Part shown: piece after piece, positions 24,082 through 34,619 of the stretch
Layout: every line of letters begins with the position of its first letter
Numbering within the stretch: position 1 is the stretch's first letter
DNA from: Acidobacteriota bacterium
GTDB lineage: Bacteria; Acidobacteriota; UBA6911; RPQK01; JAJDTT01
Length of the DNA: 64,000 nt
Assembly: GCA_965209055.1 (NCBI GenBank)
Contig: OZ242374.1
Span: forward strand, 5,632,001-5,696,000
Reading direction: 5' to 3'
The notes under the pieces: generated by a model
What the model saw: the letters and a program-made list of their open reading frames with translations, nothing else
What the model was told of the DNA's origin: nothing
Databases searched by the model: none
Made by a program: the position numbers and the translations under genes

Positions 24082-24984
24082 ATGCAGGGTCTGACTTTCG
24101 CGCTGTTGTCCTGCCTTTGCGTCTCCGTCAACTACATCACCGGAAAACTCGGCGTCACCGGCTTTGGTCCCGACAGCTTCAGCCTGGTCTGGATCACGGC
24201 GGCCGCCGTCTACACTCTGGTGGCCGTCCTGGCGACGGGACGCACCCGCCAGTTGAGGCTGCCCCGGGCGGTCTGGGGCCGGGTGCTGGCCCTGGGCGTT
24301 CTCACCGGGCTGCAGATGATCCTGTTCTGGTGGAGTCTGGACCTGCTCGACGCCCCGTTCGCCGCGTTCCTGGGACGGTTCGAACCGGCCCTGACCATCC
24401 TGCTGGCCGGCCTCCTGTTGGGTGAGCGGCTCCAGTTCCGCGAGGGACTGGCTATCGGAGTCATGATCTTGGGCGGAAGCCTGAGCACCGCCGGCGTCTG
24501 GCAGGAAGTGGGACTGGGCGTCCTGCTGGTGATGCTGGCCTCCCTGACCATGTCGTTTCAGTTCGTCCTGGGCAAGAACCTGGTGGCCGGGGTCCATCCC
24601 GGCATCATGGTCTTCTACCGGGCGGCCATCGCGTCGGCGATGATGTTTCTGTGGGTCGCGGGCCCGGGAGAGGCCCGCTTCGACGTCGCTCCCTTCTACT
24701 GGGGGATGACCCTGTTCGGGGCGTTTCTGGGTCCCTTCGTCGGATACACGCTGCTGTTTCACTCCTACCGCTTCTGGGACGTGACCCGCACCGCCATGGT
24801 CATGACGCTGCAGCCCCTCTTCGTGCTCCCCTTGGGACTGATCTTTCTACCGGAGCAGGGACTGAGTTCCCGGCAACTGCTGGGAGGGTTCCTGATTCTG
24901 GCGGGAGCACTCTGGCTGATCGCCATTCACCGCGCCCACGGGACAGTTGGCCGCCGAGTCCCCGCCACGGCTTCGGAAGATTGA
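24082..24984 (+). CDS. EamA/DMT family transporter
   Basis: About 10 hydrophobic helices in two repeats; LLAGLLLGERL and QPLFVLPLG; ATG after AAGGAG. Confidence 0.85.
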   Translation: MQGLTFALLSCLCVSVNYITGKLGVTGFGPDSFSLVWITAAAVYTLVAVLATGRTRQLRLPRAVWGRVLALGVLTGLQMILFWWSLDLLDAPFAAFLGRFEPALTILLAGLLLGERLQFREGLAIGVMILGGSLSTAGVWQEVGLGVLLVMLASLTMSFQFVLGKNLVAGVHPGIMVFYRAAIASAMMFLWVAGPGEARFDVAPFYWGMTLFGAFLGPFVGYTLLFHSYRFWDVTRTAMVMTLQPLFVLPLGLIFLPEQGLSSRQLLGGFLILAGALWLIAIHRAHGTVGRRVPATASED

Positions 24985-25044
24985 CTCTCTCCGGCCCTTT
25001 GGATAGTTTCGACCGGACCGGACCACTGGAAAGGAGCCCGAAAA

Positions 25045-26649
25045 ATGACTTCAATCGTTGCAGCATTCCCGACCGTCAGAGTCGCGGGAATCTCCCTGCT
25101 TCTCTGCCTGCCCGCATGGCCTCAGGCGTACGCCGCTCCGCCCGGAGACAGCGCCGCTCTCACCCATATCGGCAGTCAGAAACAGTTGTTCATCGACGAC
25201 TACATCATCCACCGGATGGACCACGTCAAGCGCATGCTGAACCCGGCGGTCAAGGCGCCCAACAACCCCATCATCGAAGCCGACCGGCCCTGGGAGAGCA
25301 ACTACCTGCGCTGCAACCAGGTGCTCTACGACCCCAAGGACGGCCTGTTCAAGATGTGGTACACCTCCTACACCGAATTCAGGGGAACCAAGGACGCCGG
25401 CGACGGCTACCGGACCCAATGGAGCCGGGACGGCGACGGGTACGCGAGGGAGCGGGTTCCGGACCCGTACCACTATTTCAACGATCCCAACGGCTCCCAA
25501 ATGGCCTTCTGTTTCGCCACCTCCAAGGACGGGTTCAACTGGGAGAAACCCAACCTGGGCAAGGTGGAATTCCAGGGATCCCGGAACAACAACATCCTGC
25601 CCCCGGGAACCCGCTTTCCCAACATGCTGGATCCCAACGAGAAGGACCCCTCGCGCCGCTACAAGTCGGCAGCCGACGACTACAAGTTCCACGGCTACCA
25701 TTTCGGCCGGATCAACCTCTACCACTCCCCCGACGGGATCCAGTGGACCACGGCGCCCGAGAATCAGGAGATGGACATCTCCGACAAACAGGGCCGCTGG
25801 GGACCCAACAGTTTCATGGGCTGGGATCCCATCAAGGGGGTCTACGTGACCCACATCGAGAGCTGCCTGCACCGGCGCTGCCCCCTGGGGAAACGGATCA
25901 CGGGCCGCTCCGAGAGTCCGGACTTCATCCGCTGGTCGGAGGTGGAGACCATCATGATCCCCGATGACCGGGATGCGCCGGACGCCGAGTTCTACGCCTT
26001 CCCGGCCTTCACCTACGAAGGGGTCTACATCGGCGTCCCCTGGATCTTCCAGACCACCGAGGGTCTTCACTATCCCCAACTGGCGTTCAGCCGCGACGGC
26101 GTCACCTATCAGCGCCCCTTCCGGGAAGCCTTCGTCAAACTCGGAGACACCGGGGATTTCGATGAGACCACCCTCTATCTGCGAAATCCTTTCTTCCAGA
26201 ACGGCCGGATCTGGTTCTACTATTCGGGCGGCAACTGGAGAGGCCCCGAACCGCTCTACGACCGGGGCGACACGCAGGTTTTCGCCATCGGCCTGGCCAC
26301 CCTTCCCGAGGACGGCTTCGTCTCCCTCATCGCCGGCAAGCTGGATCCCGGAAAGGTGCTGACGCGCGTCATCACGTTCACGGGGAACCGCCTCTACGTG
26401 AGCATGCAGGCCGCCAAGCACACCTGGGGAGCGGGACCGGCAGAGGTCAAGGTGGAGATCCTGGACTCGGCCCATACCCCGGTCCAGGGATTCACCCTTC
26501 AGGACGCCGACAACCTGGATTCCACCGGCAAGCACCTGGTGACCTGGGGAGGCAAGAGCGACGTAGGGCACCTGGCGGGGAAACCGGTGCAGCTCCGGTT
26601 CACCGTGCGCAACGCCAAGCTCAACGCCTTCCAGTTCCTGGAGAAATGA
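25045..26649 (+). CDS. Secreted five-bladed beta-propeller glycoside-hydrolase-like protein
   Basis: Signal peptide; QLFIDD, FKMWY, ATSKDGFNWEKPNLG, SPDGIQW, FSRDG, DGFVSL; paralogous to 54263-55852. Confidence 0.7.
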   Translation: MTSIVAAFPTVRVAGISLLLCLPAWPQAYAAPPGDSAALTHIGSQKQLFIDDYIIHRMDHVKRMLNPAVKAPNNPIIEADRPWESNYLRCNQVLYDPKDGLFKMWYTSYTEFRGTKDAGDGYRTQWSRDGDGYARERVPDPYHYFNDPNGSQMAFCFATSKDGFNWEKPNLGKVEFQGSRNNNILPPGTRFPNMLDPNEKDPSRRYKSAADDYKFHGYHFGRINLYHSPDGIQWTTAPENQEMDISDKQGRWGPNSFMGWDPIKGVYVTHIESCLHRRCPLGKRITGRSESPDFIRWSEVETIMIPDDRDAPDAEFYAFPAFTYEGVYIGVPWIFQTTEGLHYPQLAFSRDGVTYQRPFREAFVKLGDTGDFDETTLYLRNPFFQNGRIWFYYSGGNWRGPEPLYDRGDTQVFAIGLATLPEDGFVSLIAGKLDPGKVLTRVITFTGNRLYVSMQAAKHTWGAGPAEVKVEILDSAHTPVQGFTLQDADNLDSTGKHLVTWGGKSDVGHLAGKPVQLRFTVRNAKLNAFQFLEK

Positions 26650-27899
26650 TGCGCGGGAGCAGCACGACATCCCGAACACCCGTATGTCTGGCAACAGCCG
26701 TGTTTCTTCTGCTGGCGGCATGGGGACAGGCCCGGCCAAGCGAGGCCCCGAAGGGACCAGCCGCGGTCGTCGACGCCGCCAAGTACGACACCCTGCAGGA
26801 GGCTCTGGACGCGGTCCCCGAGGCCGGCGGGATCGTCCGGCTGCCGCCTGGAGACTTCCCTCTGGAGCAGCCCCTGATCCTGTCCCGGGAGAACACCCGG
26901 GTCGTGGGTTCGGGCGCCGCGACCCACCTGATCAACAAGAACACCCAGGGAAAACCGGCGTTCGTCGTCCGCTCCATGCAGCAGGACCGGGAACGCAAGG
27001 CGCGCCTCTGGCGGGTGCAACTGGCCGACTTCCGCATCAGCGGCAATCCTGACAGCGGAGACGGCCTCCAGGTGGAGGGCGCCAACGAGATCTACATCGA
27101 CGGGCTCTCCATCGACCACAACGGCGGCCACGGGATGAACCTCATCGACTGCTACGAGGATCCCCGGATCGTCAACTCCATCATCACCTACAACGGCAAG
27201 GCGGGGATGAACGTGCTGGGAGCCCACGACATGGTGGTGAACGGCAACCAGTTCGAGGAGAACCACGACGGGCTGCGCTTCATCAACGGCTTCAACCTAT
27301 GCATGACGGGAAACGTCCTGGACGACCACCTGGGCGACGGCGTGGTCATCGAACGGACCTACGGTTCGGTGGTTTCGGGCAACATGATCGAGGAGTGCCG
27401 GGGCACGGCCATCATTCTGGACCGGGACTGCTACGGCATCACCTTGAGCTCCAACGTGATCGCTCACAACCAGAAGGGGGGCGTCGACCTGCGGGACGCC
27501 TGGGGCTGCGCCGTCTCGGCCAACACCTTCACCCTGATCCCGAAACAGTCGATCCGGGTCGGGCCCAAAGCCGGCCGAATCGCCATCACCGGCAACGCCT
27601 TCTCCAACAGCTACCTGGGCGGAAAGACCAAGTACCACGAGCGGCACGACACCGAATGGCCCAACGTCACCCTGGGAAGCGGGATTCTGCTGGAAGGGAC
27701 CTCGGACATCGCCATCACAGGCAACTCCTTCACCGGCCTGCAGGAGAACGCCGTCCAGACGGTGGGCGAATGCCAGCGGATCACCATCACCGGCAACGTG
27801 GCCACCGACCTGGGGCGGTCCGGATCGCAGAAGGTCCCGGCCTTCGACGTGCAGAACGTGCGGGGGCTGGTCCGCGGCAACAACGCCGTCGACGACTGA
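26646..27899 (+). CDS. Right-handed parallel beta-helix (pectin-lyase fold) protein
   Basis: Signal peptide; LQEALDAVPEAGGIVRLPPGDF; repeated ITGN/VSGN/LSSN turns. Confidence 0.8.
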   Translation: MMRGSSTTSRTPVCLATAVFLLLAAWGQARPSEAPKGPAAVVDAAKYDTLQEALDAVPEAGGIVRLPPGDFPLEQPLILSRENTRVVGSGAATHLINKNTQGKPAFVVRSMQQDRERKARLWRVQLADFRISGNPDSGDGLQVEGANEIYIDGLSIDHNGGHGMNLIDCYEDPRIVNSIITYNGKAGMNVLGAHDMVVNGNQFEENHDGLRFINGFNLCMTGNVLDDHLGDGVVIERTYGSVVSGNMIEECRGTAIILDRDCYGITLSSNVIAHNQKGGVDLRDAWGCAVSANTFTLIPKQSIRVGPKAGRIAITGNAFSNSYLGGKTKYHERHDTEWPNVTLGSGILLEGTSDIAITGNSFTGLQENAVQTVGECQRITITGNVATDLGRSGSQKVPAFDVQNVRGLVRGNNAVDD

Positions 27900-27955
27900 A
27901 CCCTGGCCCCCTTCCATCGCTCATTTGACATACTGAACACCCGGAGGAAAGGAAG

Positions 27956-29602
27956 ATGGGTGGATTCCAACACCAGGAGATTTTCGAGCACGCCGGCCAG
28001 AACGTGGAGTACCGGAAGCTGGGCGGCCACGTCTCCACGGTGGAGTTCGAGGGCCGGCAACTGCTCAAGATCGGGCCCGAGGCTCTGCCTCTCCTGGCGC
28101 AGAACGCCATCGACGACGTCTCCCACCTGCTGCGAACGAGCCACCTGGAACAGCTTTCCCGCATCCTGGAGGACCCCGAAGCCTCCGAGAACGACCGGTT
28201 CGTGGCGCTGGAGCTGCTGAAGAACGCCAACATCGCGGCGGGGCGGGTTCTCCCCGGCTGCCAGGACACGGGGACGGCCATCGTCATCGGCCACAAGGGC
28301 CAGAACGTCTGGACCGCAGGGGACGACGGCGAGGCCCTGTCGCTGGGCATCTACAACGCCTACCAGGAGGGGAACCTGCGCTACTCCCAACTGGCTCCCT
28401 TGAGCATGTACAAGGAGAAGAACACCCGGACCAACCTGCCGGCCCAGATCGAGCTCTACGCCGAGCCGGGAGACGAGTACCACTTCCTCTTCATCGCCAA
28501 GGGTGGGGGTTCGGCCAACAAGATGTTCCTCTACCAGCAGACCAAGGCCCTGCTGAACCCCGATTCCCTCATGCGCTTCGTGGAAGAGAAGCTCCATTCC
28601 CTGGGCACGGCCGCCTGCCCTCCCTACCACCTGGCCCTGGTGATCGGCGGCATGTCGGCCGAGTTCACCATGAAGACCCTGAAGCTGGCCAGCGCCCACT
28701 ACCTGGACGACCTGCCCGCCTCGGGCAACGAGCTGGGCCGGGCCTTCCGCGACCGTGAACTGGAGCAGCAGATCTTCGACCTCTCCACCCGGATCGGCAT
28801 CGGCGCCCAGTTCGGCGGCAAGTACTTCGCCCACGACGTCCGGGTGATCCGGCTCCCCCGTCACGGCGCGTCCTGCCCGGTGGGCCTGGGTGTCTCCTGC
28901 TCGGCGGACCGCCAGGTTCTGGGCAAGATCACCCGGGAGGGGATCTTCCTGGAGCAGTTGGAGACCAACCCGGCCCGTTTCCTGCCCGAAGTGACCGAAG
29001 AGGACCTGGACGACGACGTGGCCCGGATCGATCTGGACCGGCCCATGCCCCAGATCCTCGACGACCTGCGGCAATACCCGGTGGCCTCGCGCCTCTCACT
29101 GACCGGACCCGTGATCGTGGCCCGGGACATCGCCCACGCCCGGTTGAAGAAGGACCTGGACAACGGCCGGGCGCTGCCCCGGTACTTCAAGGACCACGTG
29201 GTCTACTACGCCGGTCCGGCCAAGACGCCCCAGGGGTATGCCTCAGGCTCCTTCGGTCCCACCACCGCGGGCCGCATGGATCCTTACGTGGATCTCTTCC
29301 AGAGTCAGGGCGCCAGCATGGTCATGCTGGCCAAGGGCAACCGCTCGCGCCAGGTGAGCCAGGCCTGCGCACGTCACGGCGGCTTCTACCTCGGCTCCAT
29401 CGGCGGCCCCGCCGCGGTCCTGGCGGAGCACAGCATCAAGAAGGTGGAGGTGGTGGACTACGAGGACCTGGGCATGGAGGCCATCTGGAAGATCCAGGTG
29501 GAGGACTTCCCCGCCTTCGTCATCATCAACCACGAGGGCCGCGACTTCTACACCGAACTCCCCGGCGGCAAGCCCGGCGGTCTGATCTCCCTGAAGTCGT
29601 GA
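27956..29602 (+). CDS. fumA: Class I (Fe-S) fumarate hydratase
   Basis: [58 protein letters not shown]. Confidence 0.92.
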   Translation: MGGFQHQEIFEHAGQNVEYRKLGGHVSTVEFEGRQLLKIGPEALPLLAQNAIDDVSHLLRTSHLEQLSRILEDPEASENDRFVALELLKNANIAAGRVLPGCQDTGTAIVIGHKGQNVWTAGDDGEALSLGIYNAYQEGNLRYSQLAPLSMYKEKNTRTNLPAQIELYAEPGDEYHFLFIAKGGGSANKMFLYQQTKALLNPDSLMRFVEEKLHSLGTAACPPYHLALVIGGMSAEFTMKTLKLASAHYLDDLPASGNELGRAFRDRELEQQIFDLSTRIGIGAQFGGKYFAHDVRVIRLPRHGASCPVGLGVSCSADRQVLGKITREGIFLEQLETNPARFLPEVTEEDLDDDVARIDLDRPMPQILDDLRQYPVASRLSLTGPVIVARDIAHARLKKDLDNGRALPRYFKDHVVYYAGPAKTPQGYASGSFGPTTAGRMDPYVDLFQSQGASMVMLAKGNRSRQVSQACARHGGFYLGSIGGPAAVLAEHSIKKVEVVDYEDLGMEAIWKIQVEDFPAFVIINHEGRDFYTELPGGKPGGLISLKS

Positions 29603-29606
29603 CGGT

Positions 29607-29681
29607 GGAGCGGCGTCTGGAGCGGCGACATTCTTGTCGCCGTCTTGGATCGGCGTCTGGAGCGGCGTCATTCACGCGCCG
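29607..29681 (+). repeat. GGAG-footed REP-like palindromes (two ~40-bp units)
   Basis: GGAGCGGCGACATTCTTGTCGCCG hairpin at 29619 and a degenerate copy at 29659. Confidence 0.6.
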
Positions 29682-29891
29682 ACCCCAGGAGGTTAGGGCG
29701 TACGGCAGTCCCCACTCCTGTTTTTCCGTTTCAGATTGAGAGATTCCTCCGCCAATTTCGTCTCGCAGCCACCAAATCTCCCATCACATTCGCATCCGTG
29801 GCTTTGGCATCGCCTTCACCACAAGGCACTAGTTTCCGCTACCCGGCACGTAACGTTCCAACCGGCGAATGTCTGCGTTAAGCTAAATTTC

Positions 29892-30977
29892 ATGCCTACC
29901 TCATTTAGTCCCTTCAGCTTTCGATTGGTTCTTCCGTGTCTCGTAGTCCTTGGAATGTTCGGCTTCCGCCTGGCGAGCCACAGCGAGGGCTTCCATGATG
30001 ACCTCCGAAAAGGTTCTGAACTCACCCAAGAAGAAGCCCAACTGCTCGAGAAGAATCTGAAAAACAGACCAAACGATGTTTCTTCGCGGACGCAGCTTCT
30101 CGGGTTCTACATGCACCTACATCCTCTGCACGATCCCTCCGGATTGGAGGCAAAACACAAGCATATACTCTGGTTTGTGCAGAATTCGCCGGAAGCCGAT
30201 GTCTTGGGAACCCCAGAGGGAATGATTCTCGGGTTTTTCGACCCAATAGGATATTCCACGGTCAAGGAAGCTTGGATGACCCAACTCGAAAGGAACCCCA
30301 AGAACGTGACGATGTTGGGAAACGCCGCAAATTTTTTGTCGGTGACCGAATATGAATCCGCGATCAAATTGCTCCAGCGGGCACAATCGCTTGAACCGTC
30401 CAATCCGAAGTGGGCCAGGGAGCTTGGGCAAAAATATGTGCACAAGGGACTATTTGAAACCAAATTGGGATCACCTGAGGGCGTCAAGCAGGCCGCCGGC
30501 AAAGCGTTTGCGCAGTTCGAAAAAGCGTACGTACTCGAGGATGAACGGGGTAAAGGCGCTCTTCTGGCAGATTTGGCAAAGACCGCATTAGCAGCGGACC
30601 AACTGACCAACGCCCGAAAGTATGCCGAAATCGCCTTGCAGATTGCCTCATCAGGTGCGGACTACGGTAACCTGATCCACCATGGCAATGTTGTTCTGGG
30701 TCGAATCGCCTTGCGTGAGGACAACCTCAACGAAGCCAGGAATCGTCTGATTTCGGCCGGCAAGACACCAGGATCACCAAACCTCGACTCCTTCGGACCT
30801 AGTATGGCGCTCGCCAAAGAACTCCTTGAGAAAGGGGAGCGCGCGATCGTTCTGGAGTATTTCCGGCTTTGTTCAAAGTTCTGGGCAACGGAACAGGCGA
30901 AGGACCAGTTGGATAAATGGACCGTCCTGGTCAACGGTGGCAGAATCCCGGAATTTGGCGCAAATCTCGAGTACTGA
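29892..30977 (+). CDS. TPR-like alpha-helical hypothetical protein
   Basis: TPR-like AIKLLQRAQSLEPSNP; C-terminal GNLIHHGNVVLGRIAL...TPGSPNLDSFGP...IPEFGANLEY; visibly lower GC than its neighbours. Confidence 0.7.
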   Translation: MPTSFSPFSFRLVLPCLVVLGMFGFRLASHSEGFHDDLRKGSELTQEEAQLLEKNLKNRPNDVSSRTQLLGFYMHLHPLHDPSGLEAKHKHILWFVQNSPEADVLGTPEGMILGFFDPIGYSTVKEAWMTQLERNPKNVTMLGNAANFLSVTEYESAIKLLQRAQSLEPSNPKWARELGQKYVHKGLFETKLGSPEGVKQAAGKAFAQFEKAYVLEDERGKGALLADLAKTALAADQLTNARKYAEIALQIASSGADYGNLIHHGNVVLGRIALREDNLNEARNRLISAGKTPGSPNLDSFGPSMALAKELLEKGERAIVLEYFRLCSKFWATEQAKDQLDKWTVLVNGGRIPEFGANLEY

Positions 30978-31180
30978 ATGCTCCACGGCACCAACTCGTT
31001 CGGCTGGACAGGGAATTCCTTTATGTGGCCCTGATGAGCTTCCCTCGGCCACTATAGATACTCCTGCATGGCCAGTACCGGTAACGGGGTGTGGCATCGT
31101 TGACGAAAGGGTCCGTAGATCGGAGGAGTCGACGGGTTCAAAACAGGACAACGAGTTTCCATCCGCCAAAAAGCCAAGAT

Positions 31181-31206
31181 AGGGGGGACTGAAAGTCCCC
31201 CCTCCC
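31181..31206. repeat. REP-like hairpin
   Basis: AGGGGGGACT-GAA-AGTCCCCCCT-CCC; related hairpins at 49619 and 63359. Confidence 0.55.
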
Positions 31207-31348
31207 AGTGCCCCTCCCGGTTCATACTTTCCCACGATCTCCCCGGCTGCTAAAATCCGTGCCCGGCGGGGCGGTTTTTCCGCAAACCGCATGATCCGGC
31301 AGGGACGAGCGGTTCGTCCCCTCGATCTCAAACGAAAGTGACTTCCTG

Positions 31349-32128
31349 ATGGGCAAAGTCGATCTCAACTTCAAGCCTGCGGTTCCCGTGTTCGACGCCA
31401 ACGTGGAGCTGGGGCGCCGGCACGACCGGCGCAACCTCATGGACACTCCGGAGCAGCTCTTCGAGGAGATGGCCCGCGCCGGCGTGGACCGGGCCCTGGT
31501 CTGGCATCCCAACGGCGCCACCTACGATTCCATGGAGGGGAACCTGATCCTCCAGGAGTTGATCCACGGCGACTCGAGACTGGTCCCCCAGTTCTTCTGC
31601 AATCCTTCTTTCGACGATTTCGACGTCTTCACCCGAAGCGTGAAGGACGCGGCCGTCCGGTCCCTTCGCATGGTTCCCCAATACCAGCACTACCCCTTCC
31701 GGGAGTGGATCGTGGGACCCTGGCTCGATTGGATGGAGCGGGAAGGATTGGCGCTCTGGCTACCCGCGACCTACACGGTCTTCGGCGACACGACCGAGCT
31801 CAACGCCGCGGACGTGTACGACACCGTCCGGGAGCACCCTCATCTCAACGTGGTCCTGAGCGAGATCCACTACTCCAACATTTCCTGGGCCGTTCCTCTG
31901 CTCAAGAGCCTCCCCAACGTCCACGTGGAAACGTCCAAGCTCACCATTGCCGATCCCATTAACCGCTTCCTGGAGTTCATGGACGACTCGCGCATCCTCT
32001 TCGGCTCCCGCTACCCCAACTCCACCATGGGCATCCACATCTATGCCCTGCATCACATGGGGCTGCCCGAGTCCACCGTACGGGCCATCTGCGCCGGCAA
32101 TCTGGAACGTCTCCTGGGAATGGGATAG
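31349..32128 (+). CDS. Amidohydrolase_2-fold protein lacking canonical metal ligands (copy 1)
   Basis: VFDANVELG in place of D-x-H-x-H; ILFGSRYP in place of FG(S/T)DxP; ends ICAGNLERLL. Confidence 0.75.
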   Translation: MGKVDLNFKPAVPVFDANVELGRRHDRRNLMDTPEQLFEEMARAGVDRALVWHPNGATYDSMEGNLILQELIHGDSRLVPQFFCNPSFDDFDVFTRSVKDAAVRSLRMVPQYQHYPFREWIVGPWLDWMEREGLALWLPATYTVFGDTTELNAADVYDTVREHPHLNVVLSEIHYSNISWAVPLLKSLPNVHVETSKLTIADPINRFLEFMDDSRILFGSRYPNSTMGIHIYALHHMGLPESTVRAICAGNLERLLGMG

Positions 32129-32139
32129 AGGTTGAACAA

Positions 32140-32898
32140 ATGAAAGACTTTCCCGTCGTCGATTTCCACGCGCATTTGGGGAATTGGGGCCGTTTCGGCA
32201 TGCTGGACACGCCCGAGCTCTTCCTGAGCTGCATGGACAACGCGGGCATCGACGTGGCCTGCCTCAACTGCATCTTCCATGGAGATTCGTACCGGGGCAA
32301 CGACCGGGTCGCCGAGTACGTCCGCCAGTGGCCCGACCGCTTCGTCGGCGCGGCGTTTATCAGCGCCAACTACCCGGAAGAGATGGTCCCCGAGCTGGAA
32401 CGCTGCTTCGGGCCCCTGGGAATGAAATTCATCAAGATCTATCCCCATTACGTCCGCGTCTCCCATCACGAACCCCTTTACTTTCCCATCTACGAGTTCG
32501 CCAACGATCGGGGCTTGGCGATCATGTCCCACGCCAGGCACTACTTCGATCCTCCTTCGGTTTCCATCTACAAGCGTTACGAGGGCCTGGTGAAACGATT
32601 CCCCAAGATCAACTGGGTTCTGGCCCACGCCGGCGGCGGTACAAGTGCCGAGGTCGCGCGCACGGTGCGGGACTTTCCCACCATCTACGTGGAGACCTGC
32701 AGCTCCGGCCTGCGCTACGGCGGCATCGAATACGCCGTCAAGAACGGGAGGGCCGACCGGGTCCTCTTCGGCACCGACATGCCGCTGCTGGATGCCGCTC
32801 AGCAATTGGCCAAGGTGATCGTCTGCCGGATTACCGACGAAGAGAAGAAGATGGTCCTGGGCGGCAACGCCATCCGGCTTCTGAACCTGAAGCTCTGA
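32140..32898 (+). CDS. Amidohydrolase_2 family metallohydrolase (copy 1)
   Basis: VDFHAH, GNDRV, IKIYP, MSH, LAHAG, LFGTDMP, GGNAIRLL. Confidence 0.85.
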   Translation: MKDFPVVDFHAHLGNWGRFGMLDTPELFLSCMDNAGIDVACLNCIFHGDSYRGNDRVAEYVRQWPDRFVGAAFISANYPEEMVPELERCFGPLGMKFIKIYPHYVRVSHHEPLYFPIYEFANDRGLAIMSHARHYFDPPSVSIYKRYEGLVKRFPKINWVLAHAGGGTSAEVARTVRDFPTIYVETCSSGLRYGGIEYAVKNGRADRVLFGTDMPLLDAAQQLAKVIVCRITDEEKKMVLGGNAIRLLNLKL

Positions 32899-32951
32899 GC
32901 TTCATTGATCCTCTACGAGACCCTGTCGACGACACCTGAAGCGGCAATCTG

Positions 32952-33731
32952 ATGGGCAGAGTCGACTTCAACTTCAAGCCTGCCGTTCCCGTGTTCGACG
33001 CCAACGTGGAACTGGGACGCCGGCACGACCAGCGCAACCTCAAGGACACCCCGGAGCAGCTCTTCGAGGAGATGGCCCGCGCCGGCGTGAACCGGGCTCT
33101 CGTCTGGCATCCCAACGGCGCCACTTACGATTCCATGGACGGGAATCTGATCCTCCAGGAGTTGACCCAAGGGGATTCCAGACTGGTTCCCCAGTTCTTC
33201 TGCAATCCGTCCTTCGACGATTTCGACGTCTTCACCCGAAGCGTCAAGGACGCGGCCGTCCGGTCCATCCGCATGGTCCCGCAGTACCAGCACTACCCCT
33301 TCCGGGAGTGGATCGCGGGACCGTGGCTGGATTGGATGGAGCGGGAAGGATTGCCGCTCTGGCTGCCGACCACCCACACGGTCTTCGGCAACACCACGGA
33401 ACTCGATGCTTCGGACGTGTACGACACGATTCGGGAACATCCCCATCTCAACGTGGTCCTGAGCGAGTTGGACTACCGCAACGTCTCCTGGGCCGTTCCT
33501 CTGCTCAAGAGCCTCCCCAACCTCCACGTGGAGATCTCCAGACTCACCATCGCCGATCCCATCAACCGCTTCCTGGAGTTCATGGACGACTCGCGCATCC
33601 TCTTCGGCTCCCGCTACCCCAAGTCGGGAATGGCCACCCACGTCTATGCTCTGCATCACATGGGGCTGCCCGAGTCCACCGTTCGGGCCATCTGCGCCGG
33701 CAACCTGGAACGTCTCCTGGGAATGGGATAG
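32952..33731 (+). CDS. Amidohydrolase_2-fold protein lacking canonical metal ligands (copy 2)
   Basis: Close paralog of 31349-32128, same length (259 aa). Confidence 0.75.
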   Translation: MGRVDFNFKPAVPVFDANVELGRRHDQRNLKDTPEQLFEEMARAGVNRALVWHPNGATYDSMDGNLILQELTQGDSRLVPQFFCNPSFDDFDVFTRSVKDAAVRSIRMVPQYQHYPFREWIAGPWLDWMEREGLPLWLPTTHTVFGNTTELDASDVYDTIREHPHLNVVLSELDYRNVSWAVPLLKSLPNLHVEISRLTIADPINRFLEFMDDSRILFGSRYPKSGMATHVYALHHMGLPESTVRAICAGNLERLLGMG

Positions 33732-33742
33732 AGGTCGAAATA

Positions 33743-34501
33743 ATGCAGGAAGTCCCTGTCGTCGATTTTCACGCACACCTGGGCAACTGGGGCCGTTTCG
33801 GCATGCTGGACACGCCCGAGCTCTTCCTGAAGTGCATGGACAACGCCGGCATCGACGTCACCTGCCTCAACTGCATCTTCCACGGAGATTCGGACCGGGG
33901 CAACGACCGCGTCGCCGAGTATGTCCGCAAGTGGCCCAAGCGCTTCGTGGGGGCAGCGTTCGTCAGCGCCAACTACCCGGAAGAGATGGTTCCCGAGCTG
34001 GAACGCTGCTTCGGGACCCTGGGGATGAAGTTCATCAAGATCTATCCCCACTACGTCGGCGTCGCCCATGACGACCCCCTCTACTTCCCCATCTACGAGT
34101 TCGCCAACGAGCGGGGTCTGGCGATCATGTCTCACGCCAGGCACTACTTCGACCCGCCGTCCCTTTCCGTCTACAAGCGTTACGAGGGCCTGGTGAAGCG
34201 ATTCCCTCGAATCAACTGGGTGATGGCCCACGCCGGCGGCGGGAAGAACGACGAGGTCATGCGCGCGGTGCGGGACTTTCCCACCATCTACCTGGAGACC
34301 TGCAGCGGCCGCCTGCGCAACGGCGGTGTCGAATACGCCGTCAAGCACGGCAGAGCCGACCGGGTCCTCTTCGGCACCGACATGCCCCTGTTCGACGCCT
34401 CTCAGCAACTGGCCCAGGTGATGGTCTGCCAGATCACCGACGAAGAGAAGAAGCTGGTCCTGGGCGGCAACGCCATCCGGCTTCTGAATCTGACGCTGTG
34501 A
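33743..34501 (+). CDS. Amidohydrolase_2 family metallohydrolase (copy 2)
   Basis: ATG at 33743 (MQEVPVVDFHAH); close paralog of 32140-32898, 252 aa. Confidence 0.85.
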   Translation: MQEVPVVDFHAHLGNWGRFGMLDTPELFLKCMDNAGIDVTCLNCIFHGDSDRGNDRVAEYVRKWPKRFVGAAFVSANYPEEMVPELERCFGTLGMKFIKIYPHYVGVAHDDPLYFPIYEFANERGLAIMSHARHYFDPPSLSVYKRYEGLVKRFPRINWVMAHAGGGKNDEVMRAVRDFPTIYLETCSGRLRNGGVEYAVKHGRADRVLFGTDMPLFDASQQLAQVMVCQITDEEKKLVLGGNAIRLLNLTL

Positions 34502-34619
34502 CATCTGGCGGCAGAACGCCGCCGCTCACCGGGTTCAAACGAAACCAACAGCGTCGGGGCAACCCTCGTGGTGGACCTCTTTCACCCCCGCGTCCCCATA
34601 GGCAGGCGGGCTTTGGCGC

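Noticed and set aside
31025-31110. CTGATGAG ... CGAAA resembling a hammerhead ribozyme core
   Set aside because: Stem II cannot form (GCTT vs TGAC), and the CTGATGAG is enclosed in a GTGGCC/GGCCAC hairpin.
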